A stretch of DNA of 63,882 nucleotides from Okamejei kenojei (lineage: Eukaryota), in contig CM069137.1 of NCBI GenBank assembly GCA_035221665.1, positions 38,502,001 through 38,565,882 on the forward strand, read 5' to 3'. Position numbers and translations under genes: made by a program. The notes under the pieces were generated by a model. That model was not told the origin of the DNA. It did no database searches and was given only the letters and a program-made list of their open reading frames with translations. This document shows positions 13,313 through 27,449 of this stretch, one piece after another (position 1 is the stretch's first letter; every line of letters begins with the position of its first letter).

Positions 13313-16300
13313 CTACGGTGGAAATTTCAGCAGGATCTTGAAAAGTAGGATAACTAGGGTTTTTGCTAAATTGATGAAGAAGGGAGTAATAAAACAGAAA
13401 CTACTAAAGCAGAAAATGGTCCAGTCACTTGACGTGATATTACCATGCAACCGTCTTTTTTAAACTCCCTTGTTAAAAAGATGTGAGTAAATTTACATGT
13501 ATCATTTTACATAAACTACATAAAATAATATATTAACCAGATTCCCTTGTTACAAGCTACAGTCACTCGGAAATATGACTCAATGTCTATTACTGGAATC
13601 AGCATGTATTGTTAAGTATGTATAATGTTAATGAAATTTGAATAATCAGCTCAATGTGGTCACTGTTTATGAATTTGTACTATTTCATTGTCATCTACAA
13701 CCTAGTTAGTAAAATTTGCACAGTATAGATGTAACATGTGTCACCATTACAGCATTTGTTTTTAACATAACTGGGTTCCCACGAGGAATATGTTATATTC
13801 ACTAATTATTGATGATACTTGTTGGTTCCACATTAAGGTGGAAGTGCACATACTTTCAGAATGATTGATGTGCAGAAGACCAATGTCTCCAATCAGAGCT
13901 TGTGCCAAAAAGAAAAAAAATTGGAAGTGAAAAGTTACCAGCTGTATTTTTGAATAGGGTAGACTTTTAGTATTCAAATAATTACAAGACAACTAGATGT
14001 GACATTCATACGAAAATAATTGCTTTGAAGTGTTGCTTTAAAACTTAAAAGAAGCATTTTAAAAGAGTCTTATGTTGGTTGTGTTTTATCAAGCTTCACA
14101 TTAACTTGAAGTTATATGGTATGACTCGATTAAAGAAAACAAACCAATCTTCACCCCAAGTTATGTGCAATTGCTGTCCTTGAATCAGTCAAAGTATTTG
14201 CCTAGATTGCCTTTCTTTCTTATCATCTTCCCTGGTGAAGGAAAAAAATGCTCCACTTGGTGTCTCCCCAGATGTCCGTGCAGTCACTCTGTGTGGGAAA
14301 TCAAGAAATCAGTGACCCATTAGAGAAGCAATATGTTGTGCCATTCATATCGGCATGGTATGTTTGATTCTAAACATTTCACAGTGATAGTGAAGGATTT
14401 TCTTCTCCTCAATCTAATTGTAAACCATATTCTTGTAAGCAGAATGCAAGGGGAGAATCATTTTTATTTGATGTCACATTTCATGTATTCTGGAATTTTT
14501 GTCAGATTTGTTATTATTGATGGAGAGGAGGATGTGAGGATTCTTTTCAATATTGTTGACTTTGAATTTAAAATTATTTTCTTCATATATTGTCTAGTTT
14601 CTCACATCTAATAAATAAATGTCTTCAAGCAGACTGAAGATTGGAGTCACATCAGAAGTATGTGAACATGTGCACTACACATGGCTTCCTCATGATGCAT
14701 TGCTACCACAAACGGGCTCAACTGTTCTGGAGCAGTCTAAATGTCGAAAGAAACTGGTGAAATAAGAAAGATAATCCTAATTTATCCTTCTTAACCCACC
14801 TCTGAAACATTTCCATTTGAATTCTGTATCTGCCTTTGATCAATGCAAAATGTATTTCTGTATCAAATCTGTTCTATTCTTTACTAACATTCGCTTGTGG
14901 TTTTATTTTTACTAGGATGTTATACACAAAAAAAATATCCAATAGTGCAGTCGCGGATCCCACTTACAGCACCATCGTTGATGAAATTACCAGACTGCAA
15001 TTTCTAGCAATAACAGGAAAGTAAAATGGAAACTTTAGTTTGGTTCGCATTTAACATGTCATTCTTTTCTCTGTTCGTGCATTTTATTTTAAAGGCCGAA
15101 GTACAATTAATGCTAAAACATGCGGTTGGTGGTGAAATACTGGTCACGATCTGAAATCTAATATGCTATATTGAGAATCTCATTACTTTTCCCTGGGAAA
15201 GTTTAATCTCTCCGCGGGTCTCGCTTAATAAATGGGGATCAGCATATATGCACGGATTCAAATGTTTACTCTTTCAGGTACGTAGCCCGAAACCGGTGAA
15301 CACATGAGCAAGCATAGAATGTAAACTCTCATGAATGCATTGCTAAAGGCTTGCAAATATAAAATGTCTGCATTTAATACGTATTAGTCTAATTTTATTT
15401 AATATGACTGAAGTACCAACGAGGAGACAAGTAAACTCTGTGAATTGTTTTTCAAAGTTATTTATTTGCCTTGACCTTGTAGGTGCACTGACAGTTTCTA
15501 CATACACGTATTCAAATCCGTAGATTCACTGCTGTTTAACTTACTACAAATATTTTTTTAAATAGCCATTTCATCCAAACTACAAATAGAAATCCCAATA
15601 TTTAACCACTTCTATTCACAATAAATTATATTTTTCAACTTGATTAATTTCAAAATGTCCATTCTGAATGAAATACTTGAAAGGCCAGCTGTATGCAATA
15701 ATTGATTTGTTGGTATTTAATATTGCGTATGCTTTGGTACAACTCTTCCTGTTATGTTATTTCATGATTTTTTTTTCTGGTATAATCTAGGCTGTTAGAC
15801 TTTCAAAAATACCAAGTATGATTGAGGCCCCATTATGCAGTAAATGCTAAGTTTTAACGTTGACAATATTTCTGGAAATTCTAAGCACGCTAGGGAAATG
15901 TATTAAAGTCTCACATGATGCACAAATCTATTGACCAACGATAGTATTTTCTGTGTATTACTGTTGAAATGTTATACACTTAGAAGGATCCTCATAAATA
16001 TAATTAGTGAAATTTGTGTATTTTGTTTGAATGTTCTGTAGCTTGTCCATGCGTGGGTCTTCAACACCAGTTGGCGTTATTTGTTGAGTGAAATAAACCA
16101 AATTATTTATTTCTCGAGCGTGCAGTGTTTCAAGTACATAGTCAAACGTGATGTTCTGATAGGTCAATAAAGTTGGAAGAATATTATTCAATATACAAGG
16201 AACGCAATACATGGATGCTCAAAGATTTGCCTATCAGTTGAAGGTCATATTCATACTTAGTCATTGAAAAGACCAATATCAATTTAGCATTCAACCGTGT

Positions 16301-19300
16301 CCAATGCAACGTTCTAGATGGAATGTTTGGGAAATGAGTCGATGGTCAATTATTTACATTTTTAGCCTGGTTGTACAAAAGATAACATTTTTATTAAGCA
16401 AACTCTTTTAATATCTGTGAGTTGTTTGTCGTTTATTTACAATGTATCCTGTTTAAATATCTACGGGAAATGTTATAGATTATGTTGCAGGCCAGCGATT
16501 CACCTAAAGTTGAAAACACTTCATTCAAAAATAAGTATGCTCATTTAAGCGTTCTCTCTGATGTAATTTTGGAAAAAACAGAAATTCTACTTGCACAGAA
16601 ATAATGAGCTTTCGCTTTGTTTTGAATGCTATAAAATGTTGGAATTACATTGTTTATTTCGTTTAAAAAAAAAGCTTTCTAATGTTTTGTTTTGCAAAAT
16701 AGGACGAAGACAAAAATACAGACGATGTTTTTCAGATGTTCTGTCCTTCAATCATTCTAACCGTTTGCAAATTGTGCATTATATATTTCTTATTGATCCA
16801 ACTTATTATGACCCTTGCAATAGACTACATAAGAGTGCATTCTGTAGCATGATAATGACATTTATTTTTGCGTTTGTTTCTGAAATCTGACTTTTAAATG
16901 TTTCTTAATTTGTGTAGCAAATTTCACGTGGCCCAGCATCGGGTCACCTCAGGGCATGTCAGTATATACAACTGTCGTTAAAATTATTAGTAATACTTTT
17001 TTTTCCTTTGTGTAGAAGCGCATGTATATTCATGGGTCACTTTGTCCTGGTCAGTAATTACTCTTTTCCAGTCTGCAATGGTGAGGTGAATTTGAATGAT
17101 TTTCCCCATGTTTCTGTTCTTGCTTGTTGCGATGGAATAGTGATCTCCACTTCGATCCATTTTTGCCACGGAAAAGTTTATTATCTTTGTCGCCAATTTG
17201 CATTTTTAAAGTTTTATAAACATGTGATTTGTGCTGGGATTGTAACCAAGGGCTTTTTATAAAGTTATTATGTTACAATTGAACGCCCATCTAGTTAAAT
17301 GTTATTGCGATAGCTGGTCTGATTCTCTGTCCTATAACTGCCTTCCAATATTGGTTCATGTATTTTCTAGTAACTCTTAGCAAGACCTTGCACTTATTCG
17401 TTTGCCGTTTACAATCAGATGTTCAAGAGAAACCTCCAATGACGAAAGTACTGCCAATGCAAGGTAATGTTGATTTTGTTTTAATCACTGTAGCTTTTCC
17501 TTAAGGAAGCGTTTGCAATACAATACATTTAAAAATCTAATTTGCGGAAACAATATGTGATATTAGCAAATTTCTTAATGTTAACATAATCAGAATCTGA
17601 TGTAACAGAAAAATTCACCTCACATTTTGACTGACCCCATAGCTAAAGGAAACCTAAAGAACTTGCATGGAATTATTTAATTTGTTGTTCAGTTCGATAA
17701 TATGATCGTTCAGGCGCTGGATTTATTTCTAGCGCTTCCATAACAGTAAATTTTTCAGTTTGTGACAATCACTGAGATTGCCTCATTTTAAAATATCAAA
17801 TAAAAAATCAAATTTCGCTTCCAACGATCAAACACTCTCTCTCTCTCTCGTAAGTATTGCATTTGAATAGCAAAAATGTTTGAATAAACACCAATGCATT
17901 ACAGTTTGCATATTAAATTCCTCTAAATTACAGAAACACCATAATATAATATAATTCAACTACCATTGAACTGTTAGGAAGCAATTAATTTCTTCTTTTG
18001 TAATTGTCTCGTCATCTATATGGTGTTTTAACATACTTTAGTAAAAGTAAAATGTCTGCAGATTGGAGTAATCGCTTATATCTGTTCCATTTTGTCGCAC
18101 TCATTTATGATTTGAAATTTCTAAGTAATGTGAACCATTAATTCGTGTGGGGTTTTTTTTAGATGACTAATGATACCATATAAACTTGAGCACGCCTCTT
18201 CGGCTGCTGCAGCGCAAGTGGAAATTATTGGAACACTATTCCGAACAGAATGACCTATTTTTTTGGTTCACTGGGCAGAACGAGCAAATACGAACGGCAC
18301 AGGCGAAAACTACTTTATTTCAATCAACTTAACAGTTGGTCATTTCCAGGAATAAACCTGAATAACCTGCCACCGTCCGAAATTATGTCAGTGTAATTTA
18401 TCTCAAAAGAAGCCCCGAGTAGCAAACCTTAAGAGATGGGCGTTAAAAACCTGGAGCTGGATGATCTTGTACTCACGTACGCCTTTTAGGTTACATACCC
18501 TTCCAAAGACTTCACTCTCAGAAGTTTATGTTGGAATTACTGACTTTGAAATATATTAGGCAGAGATTATATATTTTCCAATGTGAAACTGTTTTGGAAA
18601 TGTCATGATGCCAGCCATGTTACCTTGTACTTTGCATTTACGCCAGTCATCATCAGGAGAGAATAGTGATTAAATAAGTCTATGATATTAGGTGAAGCAG
18701 AACAAAGCCTTTGATTCGATGAACGGAACGCCATAATAATGCCAAATATCCATACAGATATAAATCAAGGCAACAGTTGATTCTCAAAGGTTGAAGTAAA
18801 GGATGCACATGTGTATGTCCACCTCAAATGTATATGAAGACCCTGTCACTGCATGAAATGCTGACTGCAAAAATAAAGCCGTGCTCTTCATATACAGACC
18901 GAAGCAAGATTCGGATTATCATATGCCGCGAAAAAAGTGGGTGTAGTCTGAGAAAATCAGGGAATGGGAAGCAGAAACTGTTCATATTTCGATATAAGGA
19001 CGGAACAATGATTTTGTTTGCAATTGTTTCGGTGTATAATAATACTATGTGGTTTTCAGGGAAGTGAAATCACACTTTAAAGGACGCAGAAAAGTTATTG
19101 AAAGTGTAGTTTGCTTGACCGTATTCATAGAGAGTGCGCTGGCAAAGAAGCATCTGACAGTCTGCTCTACTTATTAGGTATTAGGTGTAACGCTTACAAT
19201 ACGGAAAGTCAAACCGTCTATTCAAAACGCGCTTCCTTTCTGATTGCTAAACTAGTTGTTGCTTTGCCTCGCACGTAAACGCATGGTTCTGAATGATCTT

Positions 19301-22300
19301 CTATTGCAACGAATAACAAATAACAAGTTGGTAACTTCGATCTGCCCTGAAGATTTTGCATATCTTGAATAGCCGCCAGAATTCGTGTTTTGACTTGCTA
19401 AAATGAAACTATGAATACGTGGGTATTGTTACAGACAAAACCTACGTTGAAATTAAGTACTCTATTTTTTAGAGATGGGAAACTTCCTTGCAATAATTTT
19501 AGGAGGGATATCGAAGAACACGATCATTGCGTGAGAAACAAACAAAAGTTGGCATTCACGCTAATATGGCTATATACATTCATGCTGCCTTCCACATCTG
19601 TCCAATCAGCTTATCATTGTTCCTATAAAACAGACATGAAACATGGAAGCCAATAATTAGCAACGTGCCCGGCTTTCCATTGCGTACCATCAACTCACAT
19701 CTGGTTTTTAAGGGGCACCACCAACTAAAATGTCTGTCGAATATTCTTATTAAGCTAATAACCGTCGGGTATTGTGTGCTCTTTTATTTCATCCTCGTTG
19801 TCCAGATTATGCTCTTTGACCCCACAAGGAAAGCCGCCTCTCCCGCCTCCTCCTGTGTCCAGTGTTATTCCGGAACAGGGCCACAAACTACAAGGTGACT
19901 GACAGTAGACATAAGATTGGACCCTCCAGGGCGTCTTATGAAAGTGGAACTGGCGTGTCATGCTAAAGATACCCGCCTGGCGACGGAAATAAACAGGCAC
20001 AATGTTTATTAGATGTATATCTACATACAAATATATACGAAGATATCATTTTATAGGATATATTGGCAGTATAGTAAACAATGAACATCATCTTAACCGA
20101 TTAATTAAATGAAATATTTTGCACGATGCTAGTCGTGATTTGTTTGTTTTCTCGCTGTACGAAATCAGCGTTTGTGTTACAGATGTGTATTATATGAAAG
20201 ATATAAACATTAAATTGTTACATCTTTCATGACTGTGAAAGCTGCGGGAACGTTTCGTGGCCCATCGAACTCTATTTTCTCCTTTAACTTCCTCGTGTTC
20301 CATCTGCATATAAATGCGCGTATTTATATTATTCATAATATACATACAGACGAAACATGGGCTACACACAATTGAACATCATAGGGTAACGACGGCGGTA
20401 TCGAATTTCGTTGTAATTCACTCAGACGTTCCTAAATCTGCTTTTCATATTGTAGTTTGCCATAAAGGTTTATGCCACAGTTCACTGGTTGATGTGGCTA
20501 CGACCGATTTGTCAATACGATTATTTGTTTCAAGCTGGTATTAAATAAGTATTGTATATTTTTAACGCACTGTAGTGCATCTCGTAAACCTACAAATCCT
20601 ACAGTTAGCAAACTAACTTAAGGAGTCTCGGTCTAAACTTTCCTATATTAACCCAAGTTTACTTACTCTTCAACACATTTTGTGACCAGCAAACGGTTAG
20701 TGTCTTTGTACTTAAGCATATTTTAATTAAACAATATATTATGTAACAAGAAATTCCTTAAAAGATATCTTATGAAATATTAGCAGTTGCCAAATATTAA
20801 AAGTGAACTAAGGTAATATGACTTCTGACATATATAAATAATTGGATTATCTAAATGTTAGTCTGCAGAGTTCACATTAGCATATTTCACAAATTCCTTA
20901 TCCTAGCTGCAGCTCATTTCTTCCTCTCCCTTTCAGGTTGACTTAATGCTCAAACATATAGATTATGAACTAATCAAGATAAATCCATACGTTTCTCTTT
21001 TGGTGAAACATTACCAGTTATGTAATAACTGAAGCTATCGTCAAATGTCCTGCACGAGGGAAGAGGTGTGTATTTTAACACGTTGCATTTCCTTCTTTGG
21101 AAAATATCAGCGATATCTTCAGTATTTAGGAAAAATTATGAAGCTCAATAAACCTCCCGCGGGCTCTTTAAAAAATACACTAAAATATATTAAAGGTCAC
21201 ATTAGCAAAAAGATTCATCAGTTCATTAGTTTTATTAGTTTGTAAACGTTTGGTTAACAAAGAGAAAACATACGACCAAAACAAACGAGAAAACAAGATG
21301 ACCCTCAGCATCTTTACTGTATGCTAAACTTTGTTCTAAATAGTCGACCAATAGAACATTTCGTTTTTCTCTACAACTTAACAACGCAAAATTGGTGTAC
21401 CTTGTTAAGTGTAATTGAGAAAATATGCTTCACAGCTCGCTGCATAGAATTAGATTTCAACCAAAGCTAGAGGGCGCTGATTTGAATTGACTCGCGTGTG
21501 TATCTGCAGATATGAATCCGTGCAATAAAAAGTATCTTGCTTTAGGCCAATACTTAACAGAACATTTGACTTTTTTAGAGAATAGAACAACTTTTATATC
21601 GGAACTGAACTATTTATTGCCTAGATTTGGCAATACCTTGCAACATGTTTTAAAAGACTGAGCTGGAACAGAGGAGATTGAATGTTTAGCAATGCGTCAC
21701 AGACTGGCTGGAAATACTTCAAAGGAGCAATTCCTGCAAATCTGAAAAGATGCACGAAATATGACGGAAGCCTTTGTTTTACTATTCTTCGAGATATAGG
21801 CTATGCTTACTGCCCAAAACAATAATGTCTCTTTGGTATTATATAATCTTTGCGAAGCAAATCTTCAAACAAAATCTAATACAAGTGATTTCCCCCTTTC
21901 GCTTTTCACTGTCGGTCGCAAGTATTGAAGCATGCGATTACTCCTCTCAACAAGACAAGAAGGTTCCCTTCGGAGAGACGGCTTCCACAGGTGTCGGACT
22001 ACAACAGTTTGCTAATTGCAATTGCCGCGTGTTGCTAGTTTGCGAAAGAACCCTGCTACCTGCTATCTTGCCACCAGTGCACTGTACATTCACCCACGCT
22101 CGCTGTACATTTACGTTCTACGAAGGTTACGACTTTTGATTGAAATGAGGAGTTAGCTTTCTACCAATATCAACGAATATATAGGAAAGGGGACATTTCA
22201 AACATATATTTCAGTCAAGCATTATTTGTCATTGCACATCAAATTCAGAAATTCCTTCTGGTGAAGCGATGGAAAATAATTCTACAGCTGCAGGCATTCA

Positions 22301-22431
22301 TCTTAGGAAACTAATCTTACAGAAAATATAATTGTATTAACAATTTTCTGATTAACTGAATTGCACTTTGGCTGATATTCGTGCTGTTTGTACCATTATT
22401 TTAAAAATAAGACGCAACTGTACAATGAAAA

Positions 22432-22563
22432 GTCTGAAGAAGGGTCTCGACCTGAAACATCATCCATTCTTTCTCTCCAGAGATGCTGCCTGTCCCGCTG
22501 AGTTACTCCAGTTTATTGTGCCTATCTTCGGTTTAAACCAGCATCTGTAGTTCATTCTTACAC
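22432..22563 (+). mobile_element. ~130-bp SINE-like element with hammerhead-ribozyme core (Penelope-derived?), copy 1
   Basis: GTCTGAAGA-A-GGGTCTCGACCT-GAAACATC followed by a body shared with the copies at 61627 and 63412. Confidence 0.75.
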
Positions 22564-23439
22564 TATATTATTTTATTTCGCATCTTAATGCCTTTTTTTT
22601 TGCTATGGTTATTACAGCATGGTGTCTATGGTGATGCATATTTGCATTTTTATTCTAGATGTTGTTTCCCATAAAATATTTTCTTTCTGGTATAGGCTAC
22701 GTGAAATAACGTGAACATTATTTGCGTTTCAGTCGTCGAGCAACAACCTTGTAATTTATAAAGGCAGTTATCACTGAATCGTATTATGACAATCGTCCTG
22801 GCAAGTAACATTTCGAACCGCTGTTCATATTTTCAACATATGTCTCCCTCTTTCTGTCTTTTCATCCTCTCCTCTTGTTACTTAGCAGACTATTGCTTTT
22901 GTCTGACTTCAGGTGTTAGATTTCACAGATTTCTGTCTATCAGGCACGTGGTTACGGTTGCTGCAGTATGTCCTGTGATCGCTATATTTAATGACATTTT
23001 AAGTCAATTTCGGCTGGAAATAATTAACACAAGAGATCTTCCTCTTTTATTGCATTTTCCTAACATGTCTTGGTCGGGAGTAAACGGTTTGCTACTTTAG
23101 TAATTTGTGAACTCGCGATGTGGACATCACCAGATTATCAGGTAAGGAATAAACATCAGAAATAATTAAAACAACAAATCGCCAACAAGTTTCCTTACTG
23201 GCTGAAAGTTATCGGATATTTTGTATGTCTGTTGAATGACACAATGATTGGAAGAACAACCTGCATTTGTCAAAAAAAAATCTATTTTACAAGAATCATA
23301 TGGCCTTTACAATGATTTTGTGCTTTGTTTCTTTTTTGGACCATGACTCCAAATGTTCTGGGATTGTTTATTCCAACCATACCAATTATATTTAGCACAT
23401 TAAGCATATGTGATACAGAATGTTTACTAATATATGTAA

Positions 23440-24511
23440 TATTCTGTGTAGGATTTTTATTTATGGTAAGCAAACTAATAAATGTCTTTCAATAATTGTT
23501 CACCATTTTGTTCCAATAATTCAAATGTAATTAATGTGTAAGGTCTGCCCGAAAATACAAAAAAAGATTTAAATTGCTCTTTTATATGTTCCAAACGAAG
23601 TCTTGAAAAATGTTCTCCAAACTGCCTTGGGGTAACGTACCCAGCACCGCTTCCCCCAAATCACACTATGGTGATACTCTATGTACATGAAATCTGTACA
23701 AACCAGACACCCAAATGTCGGTGACAAACTGTTCTAACAAGATTTTCTTTCTGCTGTTATGTCCAACGGCGCTTCGCGGGTTTAAATAATGCCAAGGCTA
23801 TCTTAAGGAAATGACAAAACAATTTGGAGTTAGAAGTGATGCATTGTGCTTACAAGCTTCACACTTCTGGAGAATTAAATGCTTAAAATGCCAGCTGCTT
23901 TGCGTTATACGGGGTAACGTTTTCTCCTTTTAACAGCGAACAGGTTTTTTTTTGCTCGCCACGAAAACAAAGAATTCTAGCTGCTGCGTTTAATTTTTGC
24001 CGCTATCTTTAATTATCACGGCTATGTTTTACTTTCCAGGACGCATCCTTTTGTTAGGGCCCTTAAAGTAAAAAAAGAACGGAGCTCGGAAAGAACAGTA
24101 CGATGCCAAGCCATTAGTCAGAATGTGCTCCAAGCACAATCTACACTTTATTTGAAGCTACATCATTTCTCAACATAGTAAAATCTTTGGCATGTAGCGG
24201 CGATTCATTACGTAGTCAGTTTATATTTCTGAATAAGTTCAGAAAAGACCGGATTCACATAAAATCTCTAGATCTGACATTGACTAAAACAATTAGCGAC
24301 AACATTGAAAACGGAAATGATAAAATCTCGGTCAAGCAGTGATCTCTAGACATCTCCTTACCTGAAATAAAATATTTACAACGTCATAATGTGTTTGGTT
24401 ATATATAATTTTAAAATGCTTGTATTATAATTCAGTCCATATAGATACACGCAGATCCAATTTAAATAGCACCTGTCACAGTCCTTTATTTCAACAGCAT
24501 AAAACGGAACA
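23440..24511 (-). other. en1: Probable en1 3' UTR
   Basis: Minus-strand AATAAA candidates at 24485-24490, 24147-24152, 23456-23461 and ~23367. Pumilio element UGUACAUA at 23680-23687. The true 3' end cannot be fixed from sequence. Confidence 0.5.
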
Positions 24512-24831
24512 TCAGTCACTCTCCTCCTTTTCGTCTTGAACTGTTGTGGTGGAATGATTATAAAGTCCCTGGGCCATTAGATGAAGAGCCAAGCCATTCT
24601 TCAGGCCAGTGGCTTTCTTGATCTTGGCCCTCTTGTTCTGGAACCAGATTTTGATCTGGGATTCGTTCAGATTTAGTTCCTGTGCTAAAGTTTGCCGCCT
24701 CTGCTCGGTGATGTAACGATTGGTCTGGAACTCTGCTTTGAGTCTTTGCAGCTGCTCGGCCGTGAACGCAGTCCGTGGCCGCTTGTCTTCTTTCTCACTC
24801 TTCTTCTTCTTCAATTTTCTAGTCCTGGGAC
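24512..24831 (-). CDS. en1: Engrailed-1, coding exon 2 (EH3, homeodomain, EH5, stop)
   Basis: Acceptor TTACCACAG|GT CCC matches phase 1. Encodes [35 protein letters not shown]...[13 protein letters not shown]...[20 protein letters not shown]; TGA at 24514-24512. En1-type residues: [40 protein letters not shown]. Joined CDS is 825 nt = 274 aa. Confidence 0.96.
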
Positions 24832-27449
24832 CTGTGGTAAAGACAGCAAAGAAAAAAAACATGCAAATTGTCACGCTTTCAAATTCTTCCTTGAAACCAG
24901 TCCGCGACAAAGCTTTCAGAGATCTGTGCAGTCAAATGTACAAAACAAAGTGAACAGCCGCCCTTTAAATAGGCGGCCATATTTATGGTTTTAAAATTAA
25001 CAAAATGGCGCAAAGTACATATCCCACCACATAACAATACTGCCACAGGGAAGCAGCATTTTATTTGATATTTAAACTTGCACTGAGACCCGTGTAGCAA
25101 CGTTTGATTCTTTGCACTGCAGGAATTGCAGGGTGTAATTTTATTTCGTTTGGGTCTTCCAGTACATACAAGTTTCTTAACATTATAAAGGTTGGCACAT
25201 TTTGTCTAAATAGCTGGCCAACGATTCCTAGATGTAAAACTGCATGCAAAGAAGGCCATAATGCCGCATTATTCAAGAGACCGCAAAAATACGTAGGTAC
25301 AGCTTATGTATTTTTCCCTAAAGGTAAAACAAAGTAAAATGCAAACCCTCGATCATGGACGGAATCCCGTCCCTTTTCATCCTTGAGCAAAAATTTGACC
25401 TTTTTTTAAAAAATCCAGTTGGTATCCAAATACTTCTTGAAACATATGGCCTACAGTGGATAACAGCGAGCTCTTCTAACGAGCCCACACCTATACATGT
25501 AAATTGTACCTTTTTTTAAAAAAGACCAGTAAGTATAAATCGTGGATTACACTGGGCTTGGTTTAGGACCAAAGGCGAGAGTCCAACTTTTAGACTGCTG
25601 CCACTGATCTTTCCATTCCAAGTTCTAGGTGCGTTGTCGACAAGCTGTCGTCCTTTTAAAATTATGCAAGATTTTTAACTTTTTTTAAAATCCTGTAAAC
25701 TTAGACCAGCCTGAGATTTGCCAAACTAAAAAAAAAGTAGCATGCGATAAAATACCGGTCTTGGTATTAATTTAAAAAAATATATCACGGTGCCTTCGTA
25801 AAATGGGAAATCTGATGTTTCGTTTGTAATCATTTCCTTCAAGATCCAGATAAACCAAATGACAATGGCATCGCTGATTAACAACATTTATCTCACAGCT
25901 TCCTGTCAAGACCTGTTCTATATTACACAGACTACTGATGTAAGATAATACTAATCAGCGATGTGTGTGCAAAGGATAAAGCCAAAAGCACAAGATATAA
26001 ACACTGTAGGAACTACGCTACTTTCTCAACGTTGTGACAGCATTTGACCGGTAGTCAAAAATCCCCTTGTCAGTATTTAAGATTACTGTAAATGAACTTT
26101 TTTTTTAAAAGAATACCACAAATATCGCAGCCATTGAAAACCGAGCCTAAACAATGTTGGTAAATGTTAATAAAATCATCTTATTACTTGATTGAAAAGC
26201 TAAAAAAGTGACGTTTTGCTAAATGTTTAGCCTGACAGCTCAATCAATCAATCAACTAGTCAATCAAGCTGGCTTTTCTTAGTTTGTGGAGCTCGGCGCC
26301 ATGATTAGCTCAAACTACACTGCATGGACGCAGAAGTTTGCAGGATCGCTTTCACTAAGAGGACATTTCTCTCAGTCCTCTGTAAATCGCGAGCGTAACC
26401 ACCCCGCCAGGCCGCCGCACACAGGAGCCAATGCATAAATCATCTGGTTAGATCTTTAGTAAACCTACACACGAAAGCAGACACCAAATGCTTCCTTAAT
26501 CAATGCTTTCCGATTCCCAAGTTTCAGCGGAAGGATCTGTCTCGGTTGTGCTATTTATATAGTGAGGTGCTTGTTTCTGCTTTTGATTTTACAGTTTGAA
26601 ATTTGTCAGTGTGCAATTTCTGGGTAAAACCTCTATATTTCTTCACAGAGAGAACCCCAACCAGACCATCACGATATATATTCATGAATAAGAATTAATG
26701 AGCTCGAAAATGATTTTAAATCAGCATAAATGACAAAGTCGAATTTGCCTTTATTTTCTGGGTCCCAATGCCATCAAAATAACTATTAACTGACTGATGT
26801 TGCCATCAAATTAAGCCAAGAATTGACAGGTAAATACATTTCTGGAGCGGATCATTAAGTAAAATCAAAACGTTTACTAAATTATAGTTGATTTTGAACC
26901 TGCTACGGTGCAGAACTGAATTAATTCAACCCGCTATGTGTTCAAATAATAAGCGCTGTAGTTTGCAAACATGCCATAACTCTTTAGTTCCTTTAGTTCT
27001 ATCGGTAAGAACGCGCCTAAACCGCACCGAACGCAGTCCTGTGTACCCTCTGTCCCCGGCCTGCAAAGATTCAACACCAAGGCCCAAAACTTCAAGTCTT
27101 GCCCCGTGTCGCTGTTCCACCGCTAATATTGTCAATTGTTCCGAGTACATAATTTCAACACTATTGATCTGAAATATCTAGAAATTTAATTTCTGATATA
27201 ATCTTCTCTAGCGTGTTATGGTCGCGACTATTCGATCTTTTATTATGCAGCGTACTCGTTCTTAGATAAAACAAAACGTTAGATAAATGTCCTATAAGCT
27301 TGAAAACTACACTCAATGCGTTCAGGTGTCATAGAATTAAAGAATATTCAGTAGCCATTTGGCCTGATATGGATTTGCAAATAAAGTTATCTTGTGTCGA
27401 TCAATTGTACGGTTTTTTTGCCTGCGTTGTAAGTATTATAATTTCTTAC
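24832..27449 (-). other. en1: en1 intron (2618 nt, GT-AG)
   Basis: Canonical donor and acceptor at the conserved engrailed intron position between EH2 and EH3. Confidence 0.93.

Noticed and set aside
24832-24910. 5' part of ORF 24512-24910
   Set aside because: Intronic polypyrimidine tract upstream of the acceptor.
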